A DNA stretch of 61,825 nucleotides, filler included, from Thamnocephalis sphaerospora (lineage: Eukaryota): NCBI GenBank assembly GCA_003614735.1. It is 12 parts of 12 records of this genome, joined end to end, with 100 filler letters (N's around TTAATTAATTAA, not from the genome) between each part and the next. Parts side by side here need not be neighbours in the genome. Positions count along the whole stretch, not along the records: positions 25,827 to 30,896 come from KZ993311.1; positions 30,997 to 36,065 come from KZ993312.1; positions 36,166 to 41,236 come from KZ993313.1; 9 more parts are not named here. The stretch is one strand, 5' to 3'. The notes below the pieces were generated by a model that saw only the letters and a list, made by a program, of their open reading frames with translations, ran no database searches and was not told the origin of the DNA. This document shows, one piece after another, positions 25,827-38,925 of this stretch (positions are counted from its first letter, which is position 1; every line of letters starts with the position of its first letter). The position numbers and the translations under genes were made by a program.

Positions 25827-28800
25827 TGAGCGCGAGATCTTCAACGTTGCCATCGTAGTTTTTGATGTAGAGCAGGCCTTTGTGCAGCTCTGGATCCAGC
25901 GATGCAAGATCTTCAACTAAAATGACGGTGGAATCAGCAAGCAGCATCCGTGACATGCATGCGCAACACCTACGTCCGCTGACTTTTCCAAGCCACTTGT
26001 TGAGGAAGAAGCTTGCAAACTGTGTCTCTAGCAAAATGCCCTCACGCAGAGCCTTGCCGACCACTTTGCCCATGAACCTGAATCTTCTCAAAGCACGAGC
26101 TGCAAGCGAATATGTCAGCCAAGTGGCGAAAATAAACATATGTTACGTACGTTCACGCGTCTCCTCGGTGGCAGCGGGATAGATTTTGTGGTCAACGGTC
26201 GTGGAAATCAGCTCGTTGGCTGGATTAAAGAGCTCTTTACAAAGCCTGAGCGGAAGGATAGCATGTTAGCACGCGCCAACAGGTGCATAGAGTAGTAGCA
26301 GTTTCCTCACAGCGTCATAAACTCCTTGAAAAGACCTGGTCGTGTGCACCGTCAGCGTGCGGTTACTAACATCTCGCGTCTGCATGACAGGCATTACTCA
26401 CCGCCGCCATCAATGCCTTCCTCGGGCATGCCAAAGTGATCCACAAATTCCACTTTGACTCGACCTTTGAACGCAGACTCTGTTGCAGACAGTAGCCCTA
26501 TATGAGCATACAGCCTCCATCGCCACGCATGCGGTGTCTAGCGTACCAAGTCTCGATACTCTTCTGTAGGCGTCCTCTATTATATGATCTCGGCGAATGG
26601 AGATGGATGGTGCAGAGTAAAAGTGACTAGCAAAATGTAAGCGCTCAGCATATTGGATCGTCCGTGAATAGTACTTACTCATTGTCGCCGCGGTCGAGGA
26701 GCATGTGGAAAAGCTGGACGCGACTTACAAACGGAATCAAAAATGGCATCTGCTGTAGGATGATGGCGCGCTTTTTGTGGCCGTTACTGATCACACTGGT
26801 CGCTTTAGCACTGCGGATACCGCTGCTAATGCTGGGCACCTCGTCTTCCTCTTCGTCTTCGGACAAGTCGTGATTCACGTCTTCCTCCATCAGTTCCTTG
26901 ATGTCAAACAGGTGCGCGTTCAGCTCGGCATCTTCCAGATACCAATGCTCGGGTGGGCAGAATCTGCGTCGTGTGCTATGTGCAATGCGAAACGCTAAAT
27001 GTCAAATACATAAAAAGCGCAAGGTACGTCACAACACCTACTCGCGAGCGTGCAGTTGCTGGATCAGTTTGACGGACACCGTGTGCAGCTGCTGCAGAAA
27101 CTCGCGACCCTCTGTGTCTCGACCTTCAGCCGACTCGTACAGCGTGGGGCCTTGCCAGATCAAAACAAACACCACATTCTACAGCATGGCAAACAGCAAA
27201 GAAGCAGAGGCTGATGAGCAGCGACGCAGCGCTGACCAGCCTGACTCGACCTACCCGAAGCAACAGCGATAGTTTGATGACATCTTTCAACGGTAGCGGG
27301 TTCTCCAATCCGTAAAACTCGGTATCGCTGAGCGTCACCAGCGACCGGCCATACAGTTCGCACAAAAGTAGCAGTGCCATGCGCTCGCCCAGGTTTTGAG
27401 GTGCTACGAGACATTGGCGCGCAGCAGTACCGTGTGGGGGATGTGTAAGTATAGCACACCATGATCCGCCCGTCACCCAATGCTCAATCGCCAGACACCA
27501 ATATACCTAGGAGCAGCGATGCGGGAAATCGGTGGCTTTGCAGCTCCTTTGCCAGCGACGATTTGCACACGTGGTGCCAGCACCGTTCCATTAGCGGCAG
27601 ATCCGCTTCGCGCGTAAGTAGCGCTGCCAGCAATTCGTCGCGCACCGATCCACTGTGACGCAGCGACAGAGCAAGCAGCCGGTACAGCGCGCTCTGGTAC
27701 TCTGAGTCGGCCATACTCGTCAAGTCGGTGATGGCATTGATGTGTCTTGCATTATAAAAGTATGCAAATGACTGGCAGGGCGCGTCAGCACTCTACTTGT
27801 ACATTGTAGCTAGCAGGGCAGTCGATCAAATCGACGTCACTTACAATGCCATCGTTTTCTAGCGCAAGAATGTTGATAACGATGATAAGCACACAGTAAT
27901 TCTAGCACTCGCATTGTAGCCCTACCTCCAGAGATGGTGTAATTGTCTCTAAACATCAATTCAAAATACCTGGAGAGCACGCGAACATACGCAAGCTACC
28001 GCCCACATGGCGTGAGTGATTGTCTAGCCGCAGCCTGTTCCAGCCATCCTGCGCTTACCCGAGCTTGCGGCGACGTCTGTGCCACGCGTGTCCCTTCAAA
28101 TGCCAAAATGTTGGCAAGGACCTTGGGCGCATCGGCTTCGGTAACATCGTCGGGCGTATCCCAAATGTGACGAACCAACATTTCGCTCGGAATAGCGAGC
28201 GAGAATTTGCCAAGCAGGCTGCGTGGTAGAGCACGCGCAAGTCTGCCGTTTGTAAACAGATCGCGAGTGATGGCACACAGTACAGCCTTCTGCGCAGCCT
28301 GGCCATTGCTTTCGCGAGCAAGGGTGATAAAGATGCGAGCCGCCATATCTGTCTCTTTTGTGTCTTTGTCTGCTGGCGACTGCCTCAGTGTCAAACGTTG
28401 TTAGCACACACGACACATGATGGCACCGCCTATTTTTGACTAACCCGCGAGCCAAGATAGCGACATAGATTGCGGAACACGCCGTTTATAGCCAATCCAT
28501 CTGCATCACTACGCAGCATGCACAACATGATTATTTTGCAGTCCCAAGACAAGCTAGTATCGCACCCGCACTTACGCTAGTATCTGATTAGACGTTGGTA
28601 CCGTTGCCGTATGCAAAACATGATGCAAGAATTCTAGGAACCCATAGGGCTCCGGAGCAGTACTGCCACAATGTCAAAATCGCCGGCTGCCTCTAGCGGC
28701 TGTCATACTCTTACTCACCCAGAGTGTAACAGTATCTGGTCAGACGCCAGGCGAGCAAGACGCTTGCTCCGAAAACGCCAGCTACGACATAGGCTGTCGT

Positions 28801-29352
28801 ATGAGAGTGGTGCGTAGAGCCAGCTTACACCTGCGCATCGCAGCGTGAGCAGCATATATGCATCACTGGAGTAGAGCTACAACCCACTTTGACCTGGAAC
28901 TGACTGTTGCAAGAGCGTACAGAGCCGCAAAAGCCGATGGCCATCGCGCCAAGAGATATACAATGCTATCAGCCGCTCTGCAAGTCGGTCCAGCTGAGCG
29001 CAGGTTTGCTCTGCAGCCGATCCGTCCATCTCCTGCGCTATCCTAATGCTCTCTTCGCATGCATCCACCTCTTCATCCCATTGAGCTAGGCCTGTTGACC
29101 GTAAACGCAGCTGTTCGCGACTCTCCCGCCAGGTACGCTGTATGCGCGGTCAGCAAAGCAATGCAGATGCGCACTGACGCTGCAGGCCTGTACCTGTATT
29201 TTGCTGGCTGCATTCTGCTCACGCCGTTGCAGCTCACGCTGGCGTCGCTGTTCTTGCGTTTGCTGCAGAAGCGTCGAGCGATCGCCCTTGCGACTCAACC
29301 CGCCAAGACTGATATCGCGACGACGCTTAAAATCGCCATCAAAAGAGAACAT
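25827..29352 (-). CDS. HUL5: HECT E3 ubiquitin ligase, Hul5/UBE3C type, many exons, 3' truncated
   Basis: MFSFDGDFKRRRDISLGG...R.QRE...AASKIQ N-terminus; ILQQMPFLIPFVSRV; EEGIDGG; FMGKVVGKAL; DLASLDPELHKGL. Confidence 0.88.
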
Positions 29353-30752
29353 GGCTAGCGAATGCGGCGCCTCTTGGCGCAACAGTGGTAAAGTCGGCCG
29401 GGATGAACAAGCAGCAGGTAAGGAGAAATGAATGAGCGCCGAGTGTTGTAAGACCGCTGACGCTGACGTAGCGGTGTCAAGCCCAATCAGCCACCATTCA
29501 CGTCCTGTTACACTGTTGGGCCACACATCACGATTAATTGGCTGACCAAGTGCTGTGCATAGTATCCACAAGCAAAGCATGCTGCCCATTTAATCGCTTA
29601 TCAGCGCAAAGGTATAGCACAGCGTTAACAGAGTACAACTACGAGTGCTACAGTCTACCTATTCTACTGCCCACTGGAACGCGTTGGCATGCCATTTTCG
29701 AAAAAAGCTGGTGCGGCACTAAACTATGCAGCATAGACTCTGTCAACTACCGGTGATTATTCACAACTGTACAGGATGTTTACTGAACTCGTTGTTTATA
29801 TCATGGTACTAACCGCTGATGACGCCACTGACGTCCTCAAGAGCCAGACACGCGCATTCCACGCGATGGTGCTACGATTGTGACTTGCACCATTGAAATG
29901 TAGGCTACGATGCGCGACCAGCAACAAGCACAAACGCTACCAGTTTGTCCAAAAGACTGCAATCCTGCGCGCCAGGAGACGAATGCAGTAAGCTGGCCCG
30001 CCGCCGCTTACAGGTGGTCAGACCGTCGAGGAGGCGGCGGAAGCTACCCAGCCTCAGACGACGGTTGATTCTTCATGTGTGCTGTAGAACAGAACACGCA
30101 GAAACGACGGCTCAACTTGACGTCTGCTTGAAAAATGGCGCTGAAAGTTATTTTGCTTATACTTTATATTACCTGATAGCATGGTCCGCGCGAGCGAATA
30201 GAACCATAAACTGAATGTTTGACCATGTAGGCTGCACCGTCAACATATACTGTGCAGAGTGCGCAGAGCATGGCAAATACTTTGATCGTGCCTTTGCCTT
30301 TTTATTATGCGCATATCGTCTTTTCATTTTCACGAGTCTATGCGTGTGGCGACAGGTGTTGCGTGTGGCAAAACAAGTGTCGCAAGCCAAAGTTGCAGCC
30401 CCTTATGCAAGCTGCCCATGTTTCTTGTATCTTTGGTAGTGCAATGCCTACGATGAAGGCCGAGTTTGCCGCTAGGCCATTCAGAGCGACTACGTGCGCT
30501 ACTTTACATGATCAAGCTTCACTCGCACACTTTCCTATGTTTGATCCTTACTGAGCATAAACACAGCTACGCAACATACCAAAGTGTCGGGGTCAGTTGA
30601 GAATATACAATTATTGGTAGCCGGGAAAGGGCACGCTTCGCAGACTACTAGCATGCCATCATGCAGTCCTTGTCGTGCAACAATGGGTGTTAACATAGCT
30701 GCGCCAGCCACGTAAGCAGCCTGTACGCTGCATTCGTTCACTTCTCTCTACC

Positions 30753-30896
30753 ATGTCAACCCAAGCAACGCTGTTTAACACACTTCCTCCAGAGACTCTC
30801 TGGCAAATACTGGACACTTTGACTTTTTGGGACATTGTGCACCTAGGAAATGCCTCGCAACGCCTGCGAGAGCTGGTAATGCAGAGTGCCTACCCC
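30753..30896 (+). CDS. F-box protein N-terminus, truncated
   Basis: FNTLPPETLWQILDTLTFWDIVHLGNASQRLRELV fits the F-box consensus. Confidence 0.7.
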
Positions 30897-30996
30897 NNNN
30901 NNNNNNNNNNNNNNNNNNNNNNNNNNNNNNNNNNNNNNNNTTAATTAATTAANNNNNNNNNNNNNNNNNNNNNNNNNNNNNNNNNNNNNNNNNNNN

Positions 30997-31141
30997 GGCA
31001 GCAAATCATCCGGGCGCAGCGAAAGGCGGACATCCAAGTCCAGCGACGCAAAGGACAGCAAGGATGTATCCGACAGATCAGCAACCGTGGCCAGTCCCGT
31101 ATTCGTCGTCAAGCCACCATCGTCATTATCAAAGTGTGTCA
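30997..31141 (-). CDS. Possible N-terminus of a hypothetical protein, truncated
   Basis: MTHFDNDDGG...LRPDDLL is open to the contig end and follows a pyrimidine-rich leader; no family recognised. Confidence 0.35.
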
Positions 31142-33037
31142 TGGTGGTAGATATGGATGGCGCCCACGAATTGGCATGCAGGAAAACGAGGCAATGTAAG
31201 AGAAAGGCAGTAGTAGTAGTAGTAGTAATAGTAGCACGCAGCGTTAGCGGAAGCCAAGCTATGCTGCGCTGACGACAAGCACAGCTGTCCATCGCCCGTT
31301 TTCCGCACATGTGGCCATGGCACACTAGCGGCCATGATGGCGCATCATGCGGACCACAAAATGGTAGCAGTCAAGTTGCGCGCTAATCACGTTGCGCGGA
31401 GGAGCACACGTGCTACGGCCAAACGAGTCCACATCGCCTTGCGCGATGCGAACCGCATGACTGCCTCCGCCGCTGTTGCGCACAAGCATACAGTGTTGTC
31501 CGGAAAAACCCACTTACCGCTATGAAAAGCCGGCTCACGCGGCAACAGGACGCACGGTCGGACGCAGCTCAAACCGCCCGAGATGATGTGCCGCCAGAGG
31601 CAGGATGAAATGTCGCGCACCACGTAGCGTGTCCAGTAGAGACAGCAGGTGTGCCAGAGGCGGCGTGCAATAGGAATGTAGTCGAAGCGTAAAGAAGAAG
31701 AAGAAGGCTAGAGTAGGGAAAAGGCTGGTAATTGTAGTGATGGGTGGGTGCGCACAAGGGTCAAGAGCGAATGAGATAGAGAAAGGCAAGTATAAATATG
31801 AAGCGCAACGCACAGACAAAGTAGGCAATATCGTCTGCGCGGCGTACGCCAACGTGTAAAGGCAGCTCAGGCAAGGCGGGAAAGAGACGGACAAGGGCAA
31901 CGGCAGTGGCCACCGCCACCGCTACCGCTTGGCCAAGGACAGACGCTGTCGTGGCGGTGATAATGTGTGTATGTGCGTGCGTGTGCGGCGTTTACAGTGT
32001 CGCAAGTGTTCCCTCACAGTGCAAACTCTGGGTCTACGCACACACACACATACACGCACGCGCGTACACATACACACGCGTGCCAATATGCCATCGTTGT
32101 CGCTGTCGTGCATCGATGCGATATGGTGCGCTACAAAGCGGTGTCTGGCCAAATAGCGGTGCATAAGCGACAGCACCAGGACAGCTTACATCACCGAATG
32201 CCGCTGACTTTGCGCAGTTGACTCTGCCGCTGCATTCGGCGTATAAATGTACCCTCCTGCAGATGCTGCTTGGGAGACTGCAGCACATCGGAGTGCATAC
32301 ACCCCAAGACACTCGGCCAGACTTGGACTGAAACAACTGGCCTGGCCTCGTCAAAGGCTTCCGTAGCGCGCATATAGTCACTTTCAAACCTATTCGTCTG
32401 TATCCCCCACGTGCTGGCTCAAATAGGGCCGTCCGACCGGCCATGGATCGGCGGTGGTAGAGGCAGGCCCCGCGGTTTCCGTAAACGACATGGACCCACA
32501 GCACATGGAAAGGGATGGGCGGATGAATGGATGAATGGGTGGCATAGTGGCCAGTCTGGCGTCACCAGCGCTTTCTTCCTTTTCGCCGCACCAATACATC
32601 GTTGGCACTGGCGACGCAGCGGCAGCAGTGCAGATGCACAGAGGGATAAATGAGACACAGAAAGGAAGAGGCAGGTAGAAAAAGAATAAACAGTACGCAG
32701 CAAGCAGTAGGTGCAGTAGAGCAAACGGGTGAGACAATGTAAGGGGGCAACGCCATTTGTGCCACACGATAAACCAGACCAGCCGGCGACAGTGGCCGTG
32801 CTGGCCTGCTTCCGAATAGAGACAAATGACGAGGCAGACATACAAGATGGCGGCACACAAGGCGACGCTGTATAGGGCGCGTGCGCAAATGTGCCAAGAG
32901 CAGGCAGAGATGAAAGAGGTTCGACCGTGAGGTCGCTACTGATACAGGCACCGGCAGGCCAAAAGAGAAAGAAGGGAGAGTGTAAGATAGAGTGTGTGAG
33001 AGAGTCAGTGCACGGACAGCGCAAAGACAGAGCAGGC

Positions 33038-36000
33038 TTAGCGAAGGTCGTCGTCTTCGTCCTCGCCGCCTACATCCAACTCCTCATCTTCGTCTTCCAT
33101 TTCCGTACTCTTGTCCAGGGTAACGCGGATGTGATCGGCGGCAGTCAGCGACCGACCTGCGCCCGGCTGACGCTTGCTGGCTACCGCGGTGGCTGGCGCT
33201 GCCGGCGTCGCGCCAAGTGCATTCAGCTCATCGCGACGAACGCGCGACCGCTTGGACGCCGCCGTCATTGGCAAGGCATCCAGCTCCATGGCTGCGTCTG
33301 AGCCAGAGGGCGACACGGGCGCACTTGCGGCACCATTCGCGTGACGACGCACATGCTGCGCAGACACCGATGTCGACAGCGGAGAGGGTCCGAGGCCGCT
33401 TGCTCGACGCAGCAGATCAGCCGGTTTGCTTGCAGCGGTGTCCAGCTTACCCGGTGTGGATGCCGCGGCGGTCGCCGTGCCGTTGCCGCTGAGGGCCACC
33501 GAAAGTCCGCCAAAGGTGTTGCGCACCGACTCGACATCATCGCTGCCGCTCAGCATTGGGCTCTTGCCGTGGTGCTTTAGAATCGGCCGTGTGGCGTCGG
33601 CAAAGGTGTGTCGCTGCGATGATTGGCGCGCCCATGGCAGCCAGCCGGGCGTATCGGTAGAGGAGGATCGCATGGGAATCCAGGGTCCGCGCGCGGCCGC
33701 ACGTGCCGCGTAGAGCGACGTGGCTGCGTGTGTGCTGGTGGCAGCCACTGCAGCAGCCACGATGCTCACGGCCGCTGCGTTGGATACGTGCGACTCGTCC
33801 ATCGTCGGCAGCACGTCCGCCTCTGGTGCTGGGGCTGCTGTCACGTCGTCAGACGGCGTCAGCCCGTTCGCCGGCAGAGCAGCAGTGTCCGGGTTGGCAT
33901 TAATGCCAGGTTTCGCCGCGTCATCCGAATCGGGCGTCATCTGGCGTGGTACAGAGGGGCCAGCAGCAGCTGGACTTGCAGGCAGGGTCGGCGGCGACTC
34001 CTTGGGCGTAGCATCCGGCGTCGCCAGCAGCGACGTAGGAAAGTAGGTGGCAAGATTGTCGTTAAGGAAGGGACCCAGGCGATTCTGCAGCGAACAAGTG
34101 GCTGCAAGTGCCCGTGCTCGAGAGAGCGGAATCCAGGTGCCAAACAGCTCGCTATCGCGCTGCCGAACACGCACACGACTAACCTCCAGGCTGAGAATGA
34201 CGCTACGCTCTGCCTCTGTCTCAATGCCGCCCGCTTCAAGCAGCGCGCTTGCGTTGACGTAGCCGGTGTCTACGCGGCGCAACATGCGGAAATCACGCGA
34301 AAACCCTTGGCTCGGCCCGAGAATCGTCGTAAACACTGGCGTCGCCTCTAACACGGTGAGAAAGATGGCCGGTGACACCGACTTCATCGTTGGAATCATG
34401 ATCAACGACGAAGATGACGACGAAGTCAGCCCGGTGACCGTCATGGACTGGCTTTCTGTCGCACTCGGCGAAGACGACGATGACGGCACAGGAAGCGATG
34501 CAGACCGTGACGCCTCGTTGCCCGTTGTGCCTTGACCGCCTTTGGTCGATGCGACCGCAGTCGCTTGCTCGCCAGACGCGCTTTCGCGGTGGGTAGTGTT
34601 CGCACTGGCTACACGAGCGGCGGCAATCTTGGGCGACGCGGCGTTGCTGCGCACGGCAAGAGGTGCTGGCACATCCTTGGTGACGGGCGGGGTAGCACTT
34701 GTGCTAGGCGAGGCAGTCGTTGATACACCAGTAGAGACAGCCGCTGCGCGCGGAATGTTGCGCATCAGGTCGCGCGACAGATTCGGCCGAGGGCGCATTA
34801 GCGGTGCTGGCAAGCGCATGCCAGTCGTCAAAATCCGCGGGCCATTTAGCGCGGTGGTCGTCGGCGTCTTGGAAGGCGCATTACGCAGACCAGTAGGAGT
34901 AACGCCCTCATGTGCCGGTGCCGGTGCCGACGTGGAGCGGCGTGGCGCAGGCACAATCAGCGGGCGGCGAAGCGATGGTGCCGCCATTGCGCCAAGCAGT
35001 GTCGACTTGATCGCAGACCCGCTCACGCCTGACGGCGGATGTGCCGCGGAGGAAGAGGCGCGACGACTGCCAGCAGCTGTACGCGATGCCATCATGTTGT
35101 TAAGCATATTGGCCGCGTTAGCTTGCAGCGTCTCCAGGCTTGGAACGCTTTCGGATCGGCCACGCAGTGAGGTAGCATGGCCAGCGCCATTGACAGCAAT
35201 CCGCGTAGCCGGCGGTGCTTTGATGTCTACCCGAACGCCATTGCGGCTTTTCGCCACCGTCGTCTCCGCTGGTGCCGCAGCGGCGATTTTAGGTTCGGCG
35301 CTAGCATTGCCAGTGCCTCTACCAGCACATGCGTTCCCGGGTGGACATACGGGCACCGCTGCTTTTTCGTCCACATCCATACCTTGCTCTTCGGTAGCGA
35401 CACGCGCAGATAGCTTGGCCGCCAGCTCGCTGATGAGCGGCGAGGACGACAGACGCGTTTTCTTCGCCTCCTGCCAAGATGTGCTTAGCATGCTGCTGCC
35501 AAATAGTCGGTCTAGCTCGGTCGCAGACATAGACTCGGGGTCACGCAGATCGGTCAGTGGCAGCGCTGCGTCCAGAGAGGTTGGTGACGGCGGAGGTGGC
35601 ACCACAGGCGGCACAATTACATCCACCACAGCTTCCAGGCCACGCGACAAGGTCAGCTCCTCGCCAAAGAGCGCCGCTGCTGTCGAGCCGCGTGGTTCGC
35701 CGCTAGCACGCGAAAGAGCGTCGACCAAACTGCTGAAAGACGGCGAGCCCTGACCGCCGAGAATAGAGTGGGATGACCGGCGACGAGATCGATGCTGCAG
35801 CAGTGCACCATACCCGGCAAGATCGCTCGGCGATGCAGGCACGTTGATGGCCTTCATGCCGCGAAATGTGTTTGGCACAGCAATGGCGTCGGTAGCTGGC
35901 GAGCAGGGCAACGGAGCGCCCGATGTGGCAATGATGGCACGCCCACCAACGCTCCGGTCCTTGTCTGCAACTGTAGTGCGGTGAACATCGGCCGTATCGC

Positions 36001-36065
36001 GTCGTGTGTCCTCGATCTCCAGAATGCCGTTCATCATCTCGTCTGCATAGTCGCTCACTTCAGCC
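33038..36065 (-). CDS. Large, mostly disordered protein with an APSES/KilA-N DNA-binding domain; 5' truncated
   Basis: Open frame over 1000 aa; MLRRVDTGYVNASALLEAGG...ELFGTWIPLSRARALA matches the APSES pattern. Confidence 0.85.
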
Positions 36066-36165
36066 NNNNNNNNNNNNNNNNNNNNNNNNNNNNNNNNNNN
36101 NNNNNNNNNTTAATTAATTAANNNNNNNNNNNNNNNNNNNNNNNNNNNNNNNNNNNNNNNNNNNN

Positions 36166-37118
36166 ACGAGATTGCACACAGCTGGATGGGCAATCTGGTG
36201 ACCACTAAAAACTGGGAGCACTTTTGGCTGAACGAGGGCTGGACGGTCTTTATCGAGCGCAAGATCCTTGGCCGTCTGCACGGCGAGCCAGCACGCCAGT
36301 TCTCATCGATTCTCGGTGTACAGGAGCTGCAAAAGGACATTGACCTGTTTGGCGCTGACAACCCGCTCACCGCGCTGCGGCCCAACTTGACCGGGGTCGA
36401 TCCGGATGACGCTTTTTCGCGTGTACCGTACGAAAAAGGCTACAACCTGCTCTACTATCTGGAGCAGTTGCTGGGCGGACCAGCCGTATTTGAGCCGTAC
36501 ATGAAAGAGCATGTGCGCCAGTTTGCCGGCAAGTCCATCACTACGGACGAGTGGAAACAGCTGCTGTACGCGCACATGCGCGAACACCATGGCGACGCCA
36601 AGATTCAGCTGCTAGACTCGGTGGACTGGGATGCCTGGCTGCACGCGCCAGGCATGCCGCCGGTGCGCAACGCGTTCGATCCGACGCTGGCCAACGCCTG
36701 CACGGCACTGTCGACGCGCTGGGACGAGGCACGCCACGCCGACAAGCTCTCATTCTCCGCCGACGATCTCAAGGACTTTTCGCCTAGCCAAAAGGTAGTC
36801 TTTTTAACGCAGCTGATGGAGCTGCCGCCGTTTAGCGCCTCGCTGCTGGATGCGATGGAACAGGCGTACGCCTTTACCGACGTGCGAAACTGCGAGATCC
36901 GCTTCCGCTGGCAGATGCTTGCCCTCAAGGCGGCCTACGCGCCCATCTATCCGCATGTCGTGCAGTTCTTGCAGGAGCAGGGCCGTATGAAGTATGTGCG
37001 TCCGCTCTACCGCGCCCTCAACACGGTCAACGCGCCGCTAGCGCGCGAGACCTTTTTGGCCCAGCGCAGCAGCTACCATCCGATTGCCGCACGCCTAATT
37101 GAAAAGGACATTTTGTAA
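36166..37118 (+). CDS. LTA4H: Leukotriene A4 hydrolase / M1 aminopeptidase, 5' truncated
   Basis: (H)EIAHSWMGNLVT...HFWLNEG zinc motif, DPDDAFSRVPYEKG, EQGRMKYVRPLYR. Confidence 0.95.
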
Positions 37119-37375
37119 TGGTCGTGCCCTGTTTGTATCCAAGCAGAGCGCGCGTGATAAAGCTTCTTGGGTGGATGAGATTAGAAACTGGCAAGGCGGT
37201 CGCGAGTGTCCATTGGGCCAACGTGCCGCCCAATCCACCTACGCCAACAGCACACTGCCACCAATCACTCCGCCGCCGCACTGGTGTTGTCGTTGACGTG
37301 TTCCTCATCGCCTCATCTTTGCCTGTATCTCCAGCTCCTCCTATCATCGACCATTCTTTTATCGCTGTCTGAATC

Positions 37376-38364
37376 ATGCTGCGTCGTTTTGCCACGCTTG
37401 TCGTGGTCACGCTGGTCTGCTGGGCCGCGCTGGCCGATGCGCTCAAGTTTAAGATGCCCGCAGTGCCCTATGCGCAAAACGTCAAAAAGTGCTTTTTGCA
37501 GTGGGTGCCGTCCAACACGCTGGTGATGCTGAACCTGAATGCTTCTCCGGGCGCGCATATGCGTGTAGATGTTGAGGTAAATAGCGCGCGTACGTGTCCG
37601 AGTGTGTGCACGCGCAGCAGAAAGACGCCGATGAGTGCGCAAAGCGATACTGCATTGGCAGCGCGCGGTGCGACAAGCCATCGCCAGTGCTGCTGAGTAT
37701 GACGGAGCAACCGTGCCGAGCGACTAGCACGATCAGAACTTTTTTTAGCATACGGCTAACCCAGTCGATGGATTGGCCGCGGCTTTCAACAGGTGTTCGA
37801 CACTAGCCCGCACCGGAACGAGTATGCGCGCAAGAAGGACATCTCCGAGGCCAAGATTGCCTTTACTACGCACGAGTTTGCAGACATTTCCATTTGCGTG
37901 ATGAACCATCTGGCCCAGGGCTACACGCCAGGTCCCGAGTTCAATCGTCAGATCGATATGCACTTGGATGTCGGCGCGGACGCGGTCGACTACGAGACCA
38001 TTGCTAAGCGCGAGAAGCTCAAGCCAATGGAGGTGGAGCTGCGCCGGCTGGAAAGGACGCTGGATGAAGTTGTGGATGAGCTGGAGTACCTGAAGACGCG
38101 CGAGGCCGAGATGCGCGACACCAACGGTAGGTCGGCACGCGAGGTGGAAAGGTCGGCGAGGAAGGCTGGCCATACGCAGCGTCGTCGCGAGGGGTGCGAC
38201 TCAGCAGTGCGTGTACGCTTGGCTAACGGATACTGCGTACGCCAGAGTCGACCAACGAGCGTGTCCAGTGGTTCAACTTTATCTCCATCGGCGCGCTCAT
38301 CTGCCTGGGTGTCTGGCAGATGGTCTACCTGCGCCAGTTCTTCCAGTCCAAGAAGCTGATTTAA
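37376..38364 (+). CDS. ERV25: p24-delta cargo receptor (Erv25/TMED10), three exons
   Basis: Signal peptide, GOLD domain, LKPMEVELRRLE, MRDTN|ESTNERV, QMVYLRQFFQSKKLI*. Confidence 0.92.
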
Positions 38365-38925
38365 ACGGGTCTGTGCCGTCCTGGCCAGTCCAATGTTGTA
38401 TGCGTGTGCTGGTATCTTTGTTGGCCTTTGCCATACTATGGCTTGAAAGCAGCGGCCGATTTACCGGGGATAAAGATCGTCTTTGTGGCTACCGAGACTG
38501 GCTGTAAAGCGTGCCGGAATAGCACCAGTGGGCAGCCAGTGACTGCAGACGGAGCGCCACTATAAAAACACACTCCGCATTGCTCCGCTGGACGGGTATC
38601 GCATATATCCTGCGCTGCTGCCTGTTTCCCGTCTGTTGCGCCCCTATCACGCACGCCCCTGTCCTATCGTCCACCACGTCCTTTGCCTCCTGTGCTTTGC
38701 CTTTAGCACGCGTGGCGCACAGCAATAGCGACGGCCTACATTTCAATCGCATCACCAGCCGCTCTAGTGTACACGCGAACGCACGCACAGACAACCCATC
38801 ACGCATGCGATAGACGTTGACGCAGTCCACATTGCAGTCCGCCGCATACGCCACCTGCTGTCGACCCATGCCGGTCTTTCTTTACTCGTTTTGTAGTCGT
38901 ACCATATAGAACACGCACGTTAGCA

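Noticed and set aside
33623..35753. Long plus-strand ORFs opposite the APSES gene (and similar ones at 1186-1986)
   Set aside because: Antisense shadows of GC-rich coding sequence.
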